IMG/VR virus record: IMGVR_UViG_3300046804_006785
Length of the DNA: 64,000 bases
Reading direction: 5' to 3' (one strand)
DNA from: a virus
Made by a program: the position numbers and the translations under genes. Numbering within the stretch: position 1 is the first letter of the stretch; every line of letters starts with the position of its first letter. Shown piece after piece: positions 27,585 through 36,793 of the stretch. The notes beneath the pieces were generated by a model that worked only from the letters and a program-made list of their open reading frames with translations, was not told the DNA's origin and did not search any database.

Positions 27585-27929
27585 ATGAAAAAAAGAGATC
27601 CCACTAGACAATTACCTCAAGTTCCTAAATCTTCCCTAGAAGATATGGAACTTACCAACTACGAGCTAGAAGCAATAAAATCAGAGAGGGAAAAATCCTA
27701 TATCTACCGTCTAGCTCTGTTAGAAAATACTCAAGATTTGATTGGACTATTACTGTTAGCGAAGGACAAAAAAATGTCAGAATTTATCAGTCAATTTGTA
27801 GATGGTAGTCTAGCAACTGGAGCAGCTTTATTTTTTGGAGCTGGTCTATTGGGAATAGCATTATCACCTGCTGTAATCGGAATCGGATTTATCGGCGGCG
27901 GTTTAATTAATTGTTTTGGGAGGGATTAA
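27585..27929 (+). CDS. membrane protein
   Basis: Two C-terminal Gly-rich hydrophobic helices. Confidence 0.6.
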   Translation: MKKRDPTRQLPQVPKSSLEDMELTNYELEAIKSEREKSYIYRLALLENTQDLIGLLLLAKDKKMSEFISQFVDGSLATGAALFFGAGLLGIALSPAVIGIGFIGGGLINCFGRD

Positions 27930-28132
27930 TGTCAGAAAAATATAATGTTTACGAAAAAAACGATAGCGGGTCTTTTGGTTTGAGGAAAATGAATATGTCC
28001 CCGATGACTAAAGATGCTGCTTTTAAACTGGCTAATTACTTGGTAGAACGTGCATACAATAACCAAAAGTATATTGTTTTGCAACATAAATCAGGTAAGG
28101 GTTATGAAGTAAATAGTGTGAGGTCGTACTGA
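27929..28132 (+). CDS. hypothetical protein
   Basis: MSEKYNVY..., TAATG coupled. Confidence 0.55.
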   Translation: MSEKYNVYEKNDSGSFGLRKMNMSPMTKDAAFKLANYLVERAYNNQKYIVLQHKSGKGYEVNSVRSY

Positions 28133-28295
28133 TGTTATATCATATTACTTACACTGAAAAAGGTTCAAAAAGAGTCGTCACGCCACACCCTATAAAGTTC
28201 TTACAAGCTATTAGAACAGTGAGAGGGTTATCTGATTATAAAGTAAACACACAGGGTGACTACTCAATTGAACCCGCACCGGGAACAGCAGGACA

Positions 28296-28715
28296 ATGTT
28301 AGTCACCACAGAAAAACCCTCTAGTTTTCAGATCCCTAAACTAGAGGGTAAAGTCAAAACAAAAACAATAATCTTAGGATCATCTTTAGTTTTAGGATTA
28401 TTGTTTTATTCCCAGTCAATAAAGCCTGTTAAGGTAGTTGAACTCTCAACTAATACACAATCTTCTGATTACACAAAAAGGGTTGAAAGTCTAGCTAAAC
28501 ATTATCAACTATTAGCTGAACAGCAAATTAAAACACCTGGAAATAGTTGCTATAAAACAACAATTAAAGATTGCCTAGAGCAACTGAAACCTGATAAACC
28601 TAAGCAGTTTGAATCTTTAGAACCTGCTAAAGCAATAAATTCTGATTTAAAACAGTTAGGATATCAAGTAAGACTGGATGCCATTAACTTTGCACAAGAG
28701 AAAATAAAAGAGTAG
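28296..28715 (+). CDS. membrane-anchored protein
   Basis: IILGSSLVLGLLFY TM segment. Confidence 0.6.
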   Translation: MLVTTEKPSSFQIPKLEGKVKTKTIILGSSLVLGLLFYSQSIKPVKVVELSTNTQSSDYTKRVESLAKHYQLLAEQQIKTPGNSCYKTTIKDCLEQLKPDKPKQFESLEPAKAINSDLKQLGYQVRLDAINFAQEKIKE

Positions 28716-28726
28716 GAGGTCTGGTA

Positions 28727-29359
28727 ATGGGTAGCTTTAAACTGGAGGCTAAAACAATTTATTCCGGTATTCATTCAATGACGGGTATTAGTGAGGGTAC
28801 GCTTAATGCAGCTTTAAATGGTGATCTAAGTGCGGCGGATCAAATTCTTAAATACAATGAAAATATTGTTCGCCAAGCAGCAATTGCTGATACCGTGATC
28901 ACTGCTATGAATGATGGTATGGAAGCGCATGGCAGATTAATTGAAGCACAAGCTTCTTTCTTAAAACAAGCTAGTAGCACAATTACAACTGCAACTAAGG
29001 CTGTGACCGGAGTTAATCAAGCTAATCTAAAACTAGGTCATGCTACTACAGAAATTCTCCAAGAGGACAAACTAAAACAGAACCAGCTAATCCAGAATCA
29101 CAAGCGCAAAATATGTTTGTTGCCTCAAGAATATGCTACCCAAGAAACCGTAGCTGATATCAATTTTAGACAAAAACGATATCAGCTAACACAGCAAGTA
29201 AACGAAGCTAAAGAAGCAGCAAATAATGATAAGAAACAACTAACCCCTAGACAGCAAAGTATGGAAAACTTGAGAGAAGTAACAGGTAATGCTGGTAAGG
29301 TTGGATCTGGTGTAGGTAGTTGGTTAGGCGGGATCTTTAACGGTTTATTTGGTGCTTGA
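28727..29359 (+). CDS. coiled-coil protein with amphipathic C-terminus
   Basis: AGGAGG RBS; tail SWLGGIFNGLFGA. Confidence 0.65.
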   Translation: MGSFKLEAKTIYSGIHSMTGISEGTLNAALNGDLSAADQILKYNENIVRQAAIADTVITAMNDGMEAHGRLIEAQASFLKQASSTITTATKAVTGVNQANLKLGHATTEILQEDKLKQNQLIQNHKRKICLLPQEYATQETVADINFRQKRYQLTQQVNEAKEAANNDKKQLTPRQQSMENLREVTGNAGKVGSGVGSWLGGIFNGLFGA

Positions 29360-29432
29360 TGGTCTATACTAAAGTCAAAAGAAATTGCTGATAGCCTTAC
29401 TGATAGTCAAACAGCGTATGACTCATGACGTG

Positions 29433-29468
29433 ATATAAATACTTCCTGAAAAGGAGTTGGATTGAAAC
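29433..29468 (+). CRISPR. solo degenerate CRISPR repeat
   Basis: ATATAAATACTTCCTGAAAAGGAGTTGGATTGAAAC; last 16 nt identical to the array repeat. Confidence 0.75.
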
Positions 29469-29566
29469 TCATTTACATGATTAATAAACTAAAACATCTT
29501 AAAATATTTTAAGATGTTTTTTATTTTGTATTATAATAGTGATATTATTTTAAGGAGTAGGGTAAC

Positions 29567-29827
29567 GTGAAAAAAAGATCAAAACTTGGTGCTAATTTTG
29601 CAGCGTGTAAGGTAGCTTGTGGTATTTGTGCTACTAATGATTTTAGACTCCCCTATAGATTAGGTGTGGCTCTGTTTAATTTGGAAGAATCACCAGAAAG
29701 CAATAATACTCTCGAATCTATTTCTAAACAGTTCAAAAATATTAGTCTCCAGGAAATAGACAAGCTACACGTCAAAGTTCAGGAAATCATCAAGATATAT
29801 AAAGAGGTAGGACAAAATGTTAGCTAA
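29567..29827 (+). CDS. hypothetical protein
   Basis: AAGGAG RBS; GTG start. Confidence 0.5.
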   Translation: MKKRSKLGANFAACKVACGICATNDFRLPYRLGVALFNLEESPESNNTLESISKQFKNISLQEIDKLHVKVQEIIKIYKEVGQNVS

Positions 29828-30356
29828 TTATCAAACACAACAAGAGGACAACGGTGATCCATACTTATATGAAAAGTATGATAGCCAACAAGTACAAAGC
29901 AGAATAGAACAGTCAGACGCTACACTTCAAACTGGCATTGGACTAGCCCAAGGTTTATTACTGGCTGGTGTGCAATCAGTATCAGTACAATCACTCTATG
30001 CAATGGGTGTTGTGGGAATGTTCCCTGTAGTAGTTGCTAGTATTCCCGTATCACTAGCTTTTGGCGTAGCTTTGAATACAGTCACTATTGATAATGGTTT
30101 TAGTATTTCCGATCTAGGGAAATTTGGCGCAGGTTTATCTCGTTGTGGGATCTTGGTTTTAAGTACCTGGAAACTACACTCAGATAATGAGAGGGTTAAT
30201 GAAGTCGCTAAAACAGGTATCAGCACAATAGAATATCAACTAAGAACCTATGAGAAAAGACCAGAAAAACCAGGTGAGAGCGACGGATGGTTGATGTTAG
30301 CTGCTTTAAGCGTGGTGATTGCGATCGCTGCTGTAATTAAAAATAGAAGAAAATAA
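29817..30356 (+). CDS. multi-pass membrane protein
   Basis: Several hydrophobic segments and a C-terminal TM followed by KNRRK. Confidence 0.65.
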   Translation: MLANYQTQQEDNGDPYLYEKYDSQQVQSRIEQSDATLQTGIGLAQGLLLAGVQSVSVQSLYAMGVVGMFPVVVASIPVSLAFGVALNTVTIDNGFSISDLGKFGAGLSRCGILVLSTWKLHSDNERVNEVAKTGISTIEYQLRTYEKRPEKPGESDGWLMLAALSVVIAIAAVIKNRRK

Positions 30357-30437
30357 ATAAAACCCTCTAACTTTATTAGCTAGAGGGTTTTATTTTACTT
30401 GTTTATTTTGACACCATTGCTTAATAACAACATTTTA

Positions 30438-30977
30438 TTAGTAACCAAAGTCCACTTTCACATAAGTTCCCCATAGATTATCTATAGGCTTGTTTTTATA
30501 TGCAGCATACTTTATGCAGTTAGACGTGCCACCTGCCTGACTACCATCATAAAGTGCCACTACTCGACTACATTGATCAACCATCCACTTATTTCTAAGC
30601 ATCATCTTTTTAGCTTCATAGCTACCATCACAAATTATTACTGAGTTTGTTGCCTGTTGTAGCATCCGATAGTACAAATACTTATCTTCTGCACTCCATA
30701 GTTTTTCTTGACCTTTAAACGGTATAGCAGCTATCAATGGTATTTCTAACTTGACAGCCGCTACTGCTAAGGCAATATCCCAACCTAACGCCATTCCTGA
30801 AATTACTTTGTCTGGAAGTTTTTGTTGTAAATACCAAATAGCTAAGTCTGTTAGGCGTTCCCTTAGAATCGGATGATAAGGGTCAATCTTACCTAAAGCC
30901 AATTTATCTGGTCTGTGTCCAGTGCCAGCTACTATATCTAGGTTAGGCGTTAATAGGTTGAGTTGCATAAGGTTCAA
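30438..30977 (-). CDS. YspA-like SLOG family protein (DUF1273)
   Basis: AGTGHRP, ISGMALGWD, RNKWMVD, GGTSNC motifs. Confidence 0.85.
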   Translation of the reverse strand: MNLMQLNLLTPNLDIVAGTGHRPDKLALGKIDPYHPILRERLTDLAIWYLQQKLPDKVISGMALGWDIALAVAAVKLEIPLIAAIPFKGQEKLWSAEDKYLYYRMLQQATNSVIICDGSYEAKKMMLRNKWMVDQCSRVVALYDGSQAGGTSNCIKYAAYKNKPIDNLWGTYVKVDFGY

Positions 30978-30993
30978 CGGTTGAAGTGGTAAG

Positions 30994-31389
30994 CTATCCT
31001 ATCATTCTTCTTTGCTGTAATTTCTTGTAATTTTGTTGCAACATTCTGGTAAATTCGGCTGTATTGTGGTTTTTCCAAATTGGATCTACAGGATGGATTA
31101 TCCAGTTTTTTGGTTGGTGGCAAATATGTCTATGGCAGCTTAGGCAAACAGGAAACTCATTAATACCCCTACGGTTGCCTGACTTACGATAGCTTGTATG
31201 GTGAACTTCATCAGACGGTCGAGCCATACAAACACAGCATATACCACCTGTACCTTGATGCACTTTAGCACAATGTTTTCTGTAACTGGGAATATTCCCA
31301 TAACGATCATCATATTTATCTTTAATCAATGGTTTTGATTTAAGAATTACAAATCTTGTGAAGTCTCTGAGCCTATGTGTGCGTGACAT
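30994..31389 (-). CDS. HNH endonuclease
   Basis: CCVC...EVHHTSY...N...PVCLSCH. Confidence 0.75.
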   Translation of the reverse strand: MSRTHRLRDFTRFVILKSKPLIKDKYDDRYGNIPSYRKHCAKVHQGTGGICCVCMARPSDEVHHTSYRKSGNRRGINEFPVCLSCHRHICHQPKNWIIHPVDPIWKNHNTAEFTRMLQQNYKKLQQRRMIG

Positions 31390-31490
31390 TTCATTATTTC
31401 TCCTAGTCTGTTATGTCATACTTGCAATAAAATAATAACACTATTATAATAAAATGCAAAGGTAAAACAAAGTAATACAGAGGTGGCAAC

Positions 31491-33644
31491 ATGGACTCAC
31501 AATTTGACTTAAACACACCTACTTACAGTATCCCCAAGCTAAATATGCTTAGTTGGGGATTAGTGGCGGCGGCGTTAGGATCTGCTATTGCTTCCCATTA
31601 TGGGAGTTATCCCCAATCGGCTGATATGTGCTTTTATCCTGTAGCAGCACAGGAAAAAGATAATAAAATAAGGGAGCAGCAAACAGAAAATAGCTTGACA
31701 AATGTTTCAACTAACAGCCAAAAAAACCTAAATAAAAAATTATTATTTGGTAGTAGGTTTTGTAATATCCGTCGTGGGGATATTGGGACTATTCCAAAAA
31801 GTTATCTTGTTAAAGCAGAACAAAGCAGTGTTAATGATCAAGCTTCTAACTTGGCTGTAATCAGTCAAGGATTAAAGGAAGGTTGGCTTTACCAATTACA
31901 AGAATTTCCAGCAGAAAATCCTTATAAACTGGTTTTTGGTTGGGCAACTATTGGTTTTTCTGGACTAGCTTTATGGAGTCTTAATTTTCAACGCGATCAA
32001 ATGTCATTGATGCGTCCTAAGTACCGTGCTACTCATCGTCAAGCTAGTATTCAAGCTGGCTATAGTTTAGCTTTTGTTGAAGCTGACTTAGAAATGACTG
32101 CTAAAGCTTTATTAGAAAAACTTCGTGGACTTCGTGAAGCTGAATCTCAAGAAGCATTTTTAGCAAGTCTTACACAAAAGCAAGCTAATCGTCTTTTAAG
32201 CGTTCTGAGTTATGAAGATTACGAAAAGTTTGGACATCTTATTGATGGTGGTGCTAGTTTTAATAAGTTTATCTCAGCTAGTGTGTCAGAAGAAGCTCAA
32301 CTAGAAGATAATGCGGAATATGAACCCGTAGTTCAAACTAGTACAGACGTGGTACAGGATAAACCACAGCAACAATATACTAGGACTGACAATATCCCTA
32401 GAGAAGATAAGTATGCGCCATTTAGACAAGCTGGTTTAGACATTATTAAACAAGCGGGTTCACCTGGTAAATCTAAGGCGTTGATAGCTCCTAGTCGTAC
32501 AGGTAAGACTACCGTAGTTTATTTCATGCTTGAGGAAACTATTAAATTAGTGGGAGAAGAAAACCTGACTTGTTATGTATGGCACGGTAAAGGTATCGAG
32601 CCTGTACATCCTAGTGTTCCTAGAGAAAACCACTTTAAACTGGATTCTAATAGCTACGGTTTAGAGTCCTTAGATCAAGTTTGGGCAGAATATAAACTGC
32701 GTGGTGAATTATTGGAACAAGGTCATCGTAATTTTGCACCAATAATTCTCATTATTACTGATTGGCAATCTATCAAAGATGAGTTGTCTGATGTAGATAA
32801 AAAGAAGTTTGATACAGCTAAAACTAGAATTAGAACTTTAGCAAATAACGGTGCAGCGTTGGGTACTACAGTGTGGCTAGATACACAATCGGCTGTTGTG
32901 GAAGATTGGGGACTAGGATCATCCGGTATCCGTGACAACTTTGATATTTTTGCTTTAGCTAGAATAGGTGTAGATAATGGTGGACAACCTATAGGCGATA
33001 CAAAATGTATTACTAAGGTTATCAGCAATAATTATCTAGTTCCCAGTGAGCGCGATCGCACTAAAGCCACAGAAGATTATCATTTCCTCTTAGATGGTTT
33101 AGACTCTGGTAAAATCAAATCTTCTGTAATTATGTCTACTGCGGGTAAAGTTCGGTTAGGTATTACACCTATGTTTGAACGTAAAGCTTTACAGTTTGCT
33201 AATACGGCTAAACCTGAATCTAAACCTACAGATATTTGGGATGAACCTGAAGATCCTCAACCTGTGGAACAGCCTAAGAAAGTCGAGTTTGTCAACAACG
33301 AACCAAAGGAAATTTCGCTTAAACAGAAAGTAGAATTACTGGTTAAATCTGGTAAAAACTATAAAGATATTTGCGCTACTTTATGGGGTAACAGACCACT
33401 AGAAGAAATTGCGCCAATGTTAGGTGGTGTCTGCCGCTTAGATAATATTAATATTTTATCTGAGTGTGCAAGTTATCTACTGGGTGTTTTACGCGGTCTA
33501 GGCTGGGTAGACGTTACCAGCTATAATTTTTATCATCTTATTGATAAGGAATTAGCTGATTTCCAGATTAGCGAAGGACTAGAAGAGTTAAGATTGCTTG
33601 AATTTATCCAAGTAGATGGCACTAATGTTAGGGCGTTATATTAA
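31491..33644 (+). CDS. membrane-anchored FtsK/TraB-like P-loop ATPase
   Basis: N-terminal TM segments; Walker A APSRTGKT; Walker B-like IILIITDW; LDTQS and GIRDNF resemble FtsK/SpoIIIE-HerA motifs. Confidence 0.65.
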   Translation: MDSQFDLNTPTYSIPKLNMLSWGLVAAALGSAIASHYGSYPQSADMCFYPVAAQEKDNKIREQQTENSLTNVSTNSQKNLNKKLLFGSRFCNIRRGDIGTIPKSYLVKAEQSSVNDQASNLAVISQGLKEGWLYQLQEFPAENPYKLVFGWATIGFSGLALWSLNFQRDQMSLMRPKYRATHRQASIQAGYSLAFVEADLEMTAKALLEKLRGLREAESQEAFLASLTQKQANRLLSVLSYEDYEKFGHLIDGGASFNKFISASVSEEAQLEDNAEYEPVVQTSTDVVQDKPQQQYTRTDNIPREDKYAPFRQAGLDIIKQAGSPGKSKALIAPSRTGKTTVVYFMLEETIKLVGEENLTCYVWHGKGIEPVHPSVPRENHFKLDSNSYGLESLDQVWAEYKLRGELLEQGHRNFAPIILIITDWQSIKDELSDVDKKKFDTAKTRIRTLANNGAALGTTVWLDTQSAVVEDWGLGSSGIRDNFDIFALARIGVDNGGQPIGDTKCITKVISNNYLVPSERDRTKATEDYHFLLDGLDSGKIKSSVIMSTAGKVRLGITPMFERKALQFANTAKPESKPTDIWDEPEDPQPVEQPKKVEFVNNEPKEISLKQKVELLVKSGKNYKDICATLWGNRPLEEIAPMLGGVCRLDNINILSECASYLLGVLRGLGWVDVTSYNFYHLIDKELADFQISEGLEELRLLEFIQVDGTNVRALY

Positions 33645-33729
33645 CATAGTGTTATACTCATAATGTTTGAATTGATTTCTGTTCACGCCTCTAATACTGA
33701 TGATGTAGCATATCAGTATTAGAGGTTTT

Positions 33730-34284
33730 TTAATGTTCTGTTAAATACTGTTTAATTAGCTTAGTTAACTCTAAGAAGGCATCGCCTGATAACTGTTCCC
33801 TACTAGATAAATCCATCAAGATTTTTCCTAAAGTTTCCACAGTGATCGCGGATAAATCCACAATAATCGGGTATTGATTTTTTAAAATTAACTGTTCTGT
33901 TTTAGCGTTAAACTTCCAAAAAGCTGATAAATCCATAATGATTTGATGTTTGTTAAATATCTTTATATCCCGATTAAGCAAACTTGGTTTTTGTATTTTA
34001 TGGCAGATGCTAAAACTATCATCAGGTTCTTTGTGTACTAATGTTTCTAGTACAGAGAATAAATTACTGCGAGTAACTTTGATTTTATGCTTTTGTGCTA
34101 TGAGTCCATAGATTTCTCGCGCTACACTACCAATATGCCCGTCTTCATAGCCTAGAATTTCTGCTATTTCCGAGTAAGTCTTACCCTCTTCTAAGTGCTT
34201 TAGTATTTGTTTATCTAAGGTAGAAAGAATTTTACCGCGTATATTGTGGGATAAGGTATCTAGTAGTTTTATGTGTTTGTCCAT
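33730..34284 (-). CDS. HTH-domain regulator
   Basis: LSTLDKQIL...GKTYSEIAEILGY. Confidence 0.7.
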   Translation of the reverse strand: MDKHIKLLDTLSHNIRGKILSTLDKQILKHLEEGKTYSEIAEILGYEDGHIGSVAREIYGLIAQKHKIKVTRSNLFSVLETLVHKEPDDSFSICHKIQKPSLLNRDIKIFNKHQIIMDLSAFWKFNAKTEQLILKNQYPIIVDLSAITVETLGKILMDLSSREQLSGDAFLELTKLIKQYLTEH

Positions 34285-34514
34285 CTGTCAGCACTGAATT
34301 AGTAAAAATATTTTACTGTATTTTGTATTATTTCATGTCTTAAAAACTACTTATAAATTGCATACTTTATATAGACTCCTAAACCTACTAGGAGTCTTTT
34401 TTATTCCCAATTCCCTATACTAACACCGTCCTTATAATACAGCCTAAAATATGTCAAGCGTATTTTTATATATCATTTGTATAAACTAAAATATTGTGCT
34501 AGATTAATAGCATG

Positions 34515-34575
34515 ACCCATCAAACAGATGAGACGGTAGCACGTCTCAAATGTTTTATATCGGATGGGAGTCACC
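34515..34575 (+). ncRNA. conserved hairpin leader upstream of KilA-N gene, copy 2
   Basis: Near-identical to 1217-1275. Confidence 0.6.
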
Positions 34576-34602
34576 TTAACTTATTAAATCCACAAGGTAA
34601 CT

Positions 34603-35415
34603 ATGCCAATTGTACAACATGATTTTAACGGAACACCAATCTCTCAGACAGCCGATGATACTTTGATAGGTAATACATTAGTACCTAAAGGCTATACAAA
34701 CCTAACTGAAATGTGTAAAACTAAGAACAAAAAATTAGGACATTATTTGAGTTTAAAAACTACGCAAGAATATATTACAGCCCTTGAGAAAAACCTGAAA
34801 GTGGATATCGCTATTCCGGTATCCCCTATGGTTATTATCATTCAGGGTTCTTTTGCGGGTATAAGCACTTTTCAGGGAACTTGGGGACATATCGAAGTAG
34901 CTATGGATTTAGCCAAGTGGATTGATGTTGAATGTCGCATTTGGGCTAACCGAGTTTTGGTGAAAGTTGTTCAAGGTGATGTTAAAGCCTTAACACCTGA
35001 AGCAGAATTAGCCATGAAAAAGTTGACCGATCTATGGGAACAGATTCGGCAACATGGGAAAGAAACCCGTCGGACTCTAACCGACGCTATTGCTGCTTAC
35101 TTCAAAAGACATCCTGAATTAACTGAAACTTACAAAAGCGATGTTTGGTGGATGGCTACTAACGCAATGTATAACATTGTATTCGGTTTAGACGCAATGG
35201 AGTTAGAAAAGTTCTTAAATTGTGCGCGTCATAAATCTAGAGATTTTCTAGATCAAAAATGTCTTATGGCAATTGATCGGGCTGAAGCGGGAATTTGCCA
35301 ATTAATAGACAACCGGGATATAGAACCATGTGACGCTGTTTTTCAGTATCGGGATTTCTTTGGCGTAACACAGATGTTCCCAAATAAAAAATTAGTTCCC
35401 GTTGATTTTAATTAA
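34603..35415 (+). CDS. KilA-N domain protein (antirepressor-like)
   Basis: GYTNLTEMCK...HYLSLKTTQEY...QGTWGHIEVAMDLAKW. Confidence 0.9.
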   Translation: MPIVQHDFNGTPISQTADDTLIGNTLVPKGYTNLTEMCKTKNKKLGHYLSLKTTQEYITALEKNLKVDIAIPVSPMVIIIQGSFAGISTFQGTWGHIEVAMDLAKWIDVECRIWANRVLVKVVQGDVKALTPEAELAMKKLTDLWEQIRQHGKETRRTLTDAIAAYFKRHPELTETYKSDVWWMATNAMYNIVFGLDAMELEKFLNCARHKSRDFLDQKCLMAIDRAEAGICQLIDNRDIEPCDAVFQYRDFFGVTQMFPNKKLVPVDFN

Positions 35416-35460
35416 ATAACAACAAACCCCTAGCAGCAAGTGTTAGGGGTTTTTAGGATG

Positions 35461-35636
35461 TTATAAGCACTTAGCTAGGAACAATTTATCAGTTTCAATC
35501 CGTTTCAATCCGTTTCAATCCAACTCACACGAAAGTGAGTATTTACTGTGATCAACGCTTACAAGCATTTAGCTAGGAATAGCTTATCAGATCGTTCTAG
35601 TTTCAATCCAACTCCCTATTAAGGGAGTATTTATAT
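35461..35636 (-). CRISPR. mini-array: 2 repeats, a GGATTGAAAC stutter, and 2 spacer-like units copying the adjacent gene's 3' end
   Basis: Repeat A 35636-35600 (36/37 to consensus); repeat B 35548-35512 with compensatory stem ACTCAC/GTGAGT; two extra 10-mers 35511-35492. Confidence 0.9.
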
Positions 35637-35649
35637 TTGTCTCAGTCTC

Positions 35650-36321
35650 TTATAAGCACTTAGACAAAAACAATTTATCAGATCGTTCTAGTCCGCAGCT
35701 ATACGCATCAAGCATCACACTTTCTAGCAGTTCTGCCGCATAGATTAGTTTCTGCTTCCAATCGTCCCTAAAAACTATGTCTTTAGGAATATTCATGGTT
35801 ATTTTACCATGTGCTACTATTTTATCAAATGAAGATAGCACACAAGATATATTTTCAGCAACATCAAAGTATCCGTTATGTTGTTGTGGTATTGTTCCGG
35901 CGGCAGTTGATCTAGTAGGTTGAGGGTCATCATGAAATAAGTAGTCATCTATAGGGATGTCTTCTACTTGAGCCTCCATATATTCAATCAGTTCAGCCTG
36001 TGCTTGTTGTGGCACATCTGAAATCTGATATCCCTGGAGATTACAAAACCGTTCAGCCTGTGCGTAAGTGGCTGTTCTGTGGATTAACACCCCTTTAACC
36101 ACGATGATGTATGGTTGAGTTAACCCATCTAGGCTGTCATCATCGTAGTCAATAATGGCAACTTCTTTTTCAACTTGCTTAGGTTGTGGCTGATGAGCCA
36201 GAATTTCTGTAATGCAATCGGCTTTACTACGACGTTTAGCACAACCGATTTGATCACAGATTTTCCATAGTTGATTACGGGTTTTGTGGGATAGTTGCTT
36301 TTCAGAGTAGAAGTATGTCAT
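35650..36321 (-). CDS. hypothetical protein with N-terminal Rho_N/HEH-like motif
   Basis: KTRNQLWKICDQIG..RRSKADCITEIL; ends LERSDKLFLSKCL. Confidence 0.65.
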   Translation of the reverse strand: MTYFYSEKQLSHKTRNQLWKICDQIGCAKRRSKADCITEILAHQPQPKQVEKEVAIIDYDDDSLDGLTQPYIIVVKGVLIHRTATYAQAERFCNLQGYQISDVPQQAQAELIEYMEAQVEDIPIDDYLFHDDPQPTRSTAAGTIPQQHNGYFDVAENISCVLSSFDKIVAHGKITMNIPKDIVFRDDWKQKLIYAAELLESVMLDAYSCGLERSDKLFLSKCL

Positions 36322-36473
36322 TATTAATTAAACCTTTAATAGAGGTCTTAGGAAGTCGCTTGTTTTCCAGACGTGGCGACTTCCTTTGTATGATTAAAAT
36401 ATAAACTATATAGTTTACAGTTGTCAAGTAATAAGCTAAGATTTTAATAAATTTAATTTGGAGTCACTTACTG

Positions 36474-36719
36474 ATGCCCGTGAAAGTTAGAAAAATCACA
36501 AAAACAGAAATAGATGTACCTAATCTACCTGAGCAAATAGCACAAGCAAGATTACAGTCTGGTAAGTCTGTTAAAGAGGTTTGTGAAGCAACTGAAATCA
36601 GTAGAACCTTTTGGAATAGGCTGATATCCGGCAAAGAAGAAGCAATAGCCTACCCTACAATCCAAAAATTTGAAAGATTTTTTGGCATTGACTTTGGTAT
36701 TAGATTTGAGGAAGACTAA
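36474..36719 (+). CDS. XRE-family HTH regulator
   Basis: IAQARLQSGKSVKEVCEATEISRTFWNRLISG; divergent promoter region. Confidence 0.85.
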   Translation: MPVKVRKITKTEIDVPNLPEQIAQARLQSGKSVKEVCEATEISRTFWNRLISGKEEAIAYPTIQKFERFFGIDFGIRFEED

Positions 36720-36793
36720 GTATAATCACAGTGGCAAATAAAGCAAAAAAGCCAGGATTAATAATAGTCCTGGCTTTTTAATATTTATTTTTT

